From: an uncultured bacterium
GTDB taxonomy: Bacteria; Patescibacteriota; Minisyncoccia; Phycocordibacterales; Phycocordibacteraceae
Assembly (NCBI GenBank): GCA_963851445.1
Contig: CAWKPH010000001.1
Location: 489,363 to 553,362 of the forward strand
Reading direction: 5' to 3'
Length of the DNA: 64,000 nucleotides
The notes below the pieces were generated by a model that made no database searches, was not told the origin of the DNA, and saw only the letters and a list, made by a program, of their open reading frames with translations. The translations under genes were made by a program, and so were the position numbers. This document shows, piece by piece, positions 63,778-64,000 of the stretch. The first letter of the stretch is position 1, and every line of letters starts with the position of its first letter.

Positions 63778-64000
63778 ATGGCCGATACAGTACAGCGTAT
63801 AAAGGAGAAACTCTCGATAATCGATGTCGTGACGCCATATGTGAAGCTCTCCAAGGCAGGCAAATATATGCGTGGACTTTCGCCATTTACGAAGGAAAAG
63901 ACACCGTCCTTCTATGTTTGGCCAGAGCGTGGCTCATATTATTGTTTCTCAACTGCACAAGGAGGCGATCATTTCACCTTCATTGAAAAGATGGAGGGAC
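63778..64000 (+). CDS. dnaG: DNA primase N-terminal (zinc-ribbon-like) region, 3' partial at window end; canonical Zn ligands substituted
   Basis: 'RIKEKLSIIDVVTPYVKLSKAGKYMRGLSPFTKEKTPSFYVWPERGSYYCFSTAQGGDHFTFIEKMEG' parallels the DnaG consensus 'I.ivd....V.L...G....g.CPFH.EKTPSF.V......yhCFGCG.gGd...F', but with CPFH->SPFT and CFGCG->CFSTA. Frame 1 ATG at 63778; the ORF-track ORF 63684..63986 is in a different frame. Confidence 0.5.
   Translation, partial: MADTVQRIKEKLSIIDVVTPYVKLSKAGKYMRGLSPFTKEKTPSFYVWPERGSYYCFSTAQGGDHFTFIEKMEG

Noticed and set aside
63684-63986. 100-aa + ORF listed in the ORF track at the right edge
   Set aside because: It is out of frame relative to the DnaG-like reading frame that starts at 63778. 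The DnaG frame shows clear family similarity and this one does not.

Overview
This 64 kb window reads as a reduced-genome bacterial chromosome, probably a CPR/Patescibacteria-like lineage (inference from small proteins, two-subunit transketolase, rpsP-KH-trmD without rimM, a short pheS and a short SMC). About 50% GC, mostly + strand coding.

Positions 1-9700 look like an accessory island: a tight operon of a Type III Res-like SF2 helicase-nuclease (5' partial), a UvrD/REP-family SF1 helicase and a Cas4/RecB-like PD-(D/E)xK nuclease with a Cys cluster. It is followed by small ORFs, several frameshifted accessory genes (DUF559-like, YerC/TrpR-like, PRTase-domain), a palindrome-rich structured intergenic region and a tyrosine integrase plus a small HTH protein.

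The remainder is housekeeping. It includes a pentose-phosphate/glycolysis cluster (rpiB, a lone type IV pilin, rpe, two-subunit tkt, PfkB kinase, eukaryote-type class I aldolase), rplY, a coiled-coil lytic transglycosylase and an Lnt-like protein. A three-gene secreted/surface-protein locus carries three near-identical 237-bp tandem repeats. Then come rpmE-prfA-rpsB-tsf, tRNA-Thr(UGU), a processive GT2 glycosyltransferase, pheST, gyrB, a CARDB-like protein, a sortase, a GC-rich (~60%) secreted-protein gene, and a large membrane protein with PPCCTLP/poly-Pro/poly-Gly tracts. The rest is thrS, dnaE, rnhB, a NusB-Nudix fusion, rnc, a 737-aa mini-SMC, rnr, rpsP, a KH protein, trmD, rpoB, rpoC and the 5' end of dnaG.

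The most striking anomaly is a localized cluster of about 16 frameshifts confined to trmD-rpoB and the first 750 nt of rpoC, while neighbouring long genes (dnaE, gyrB, pheT, rnr, smc, the rest of rpoC) are intact. Further frameshifts cluster in the island genes. This is most likely localized consensus error, but it should be checked.

No CRISPR array and no rRNA were found.
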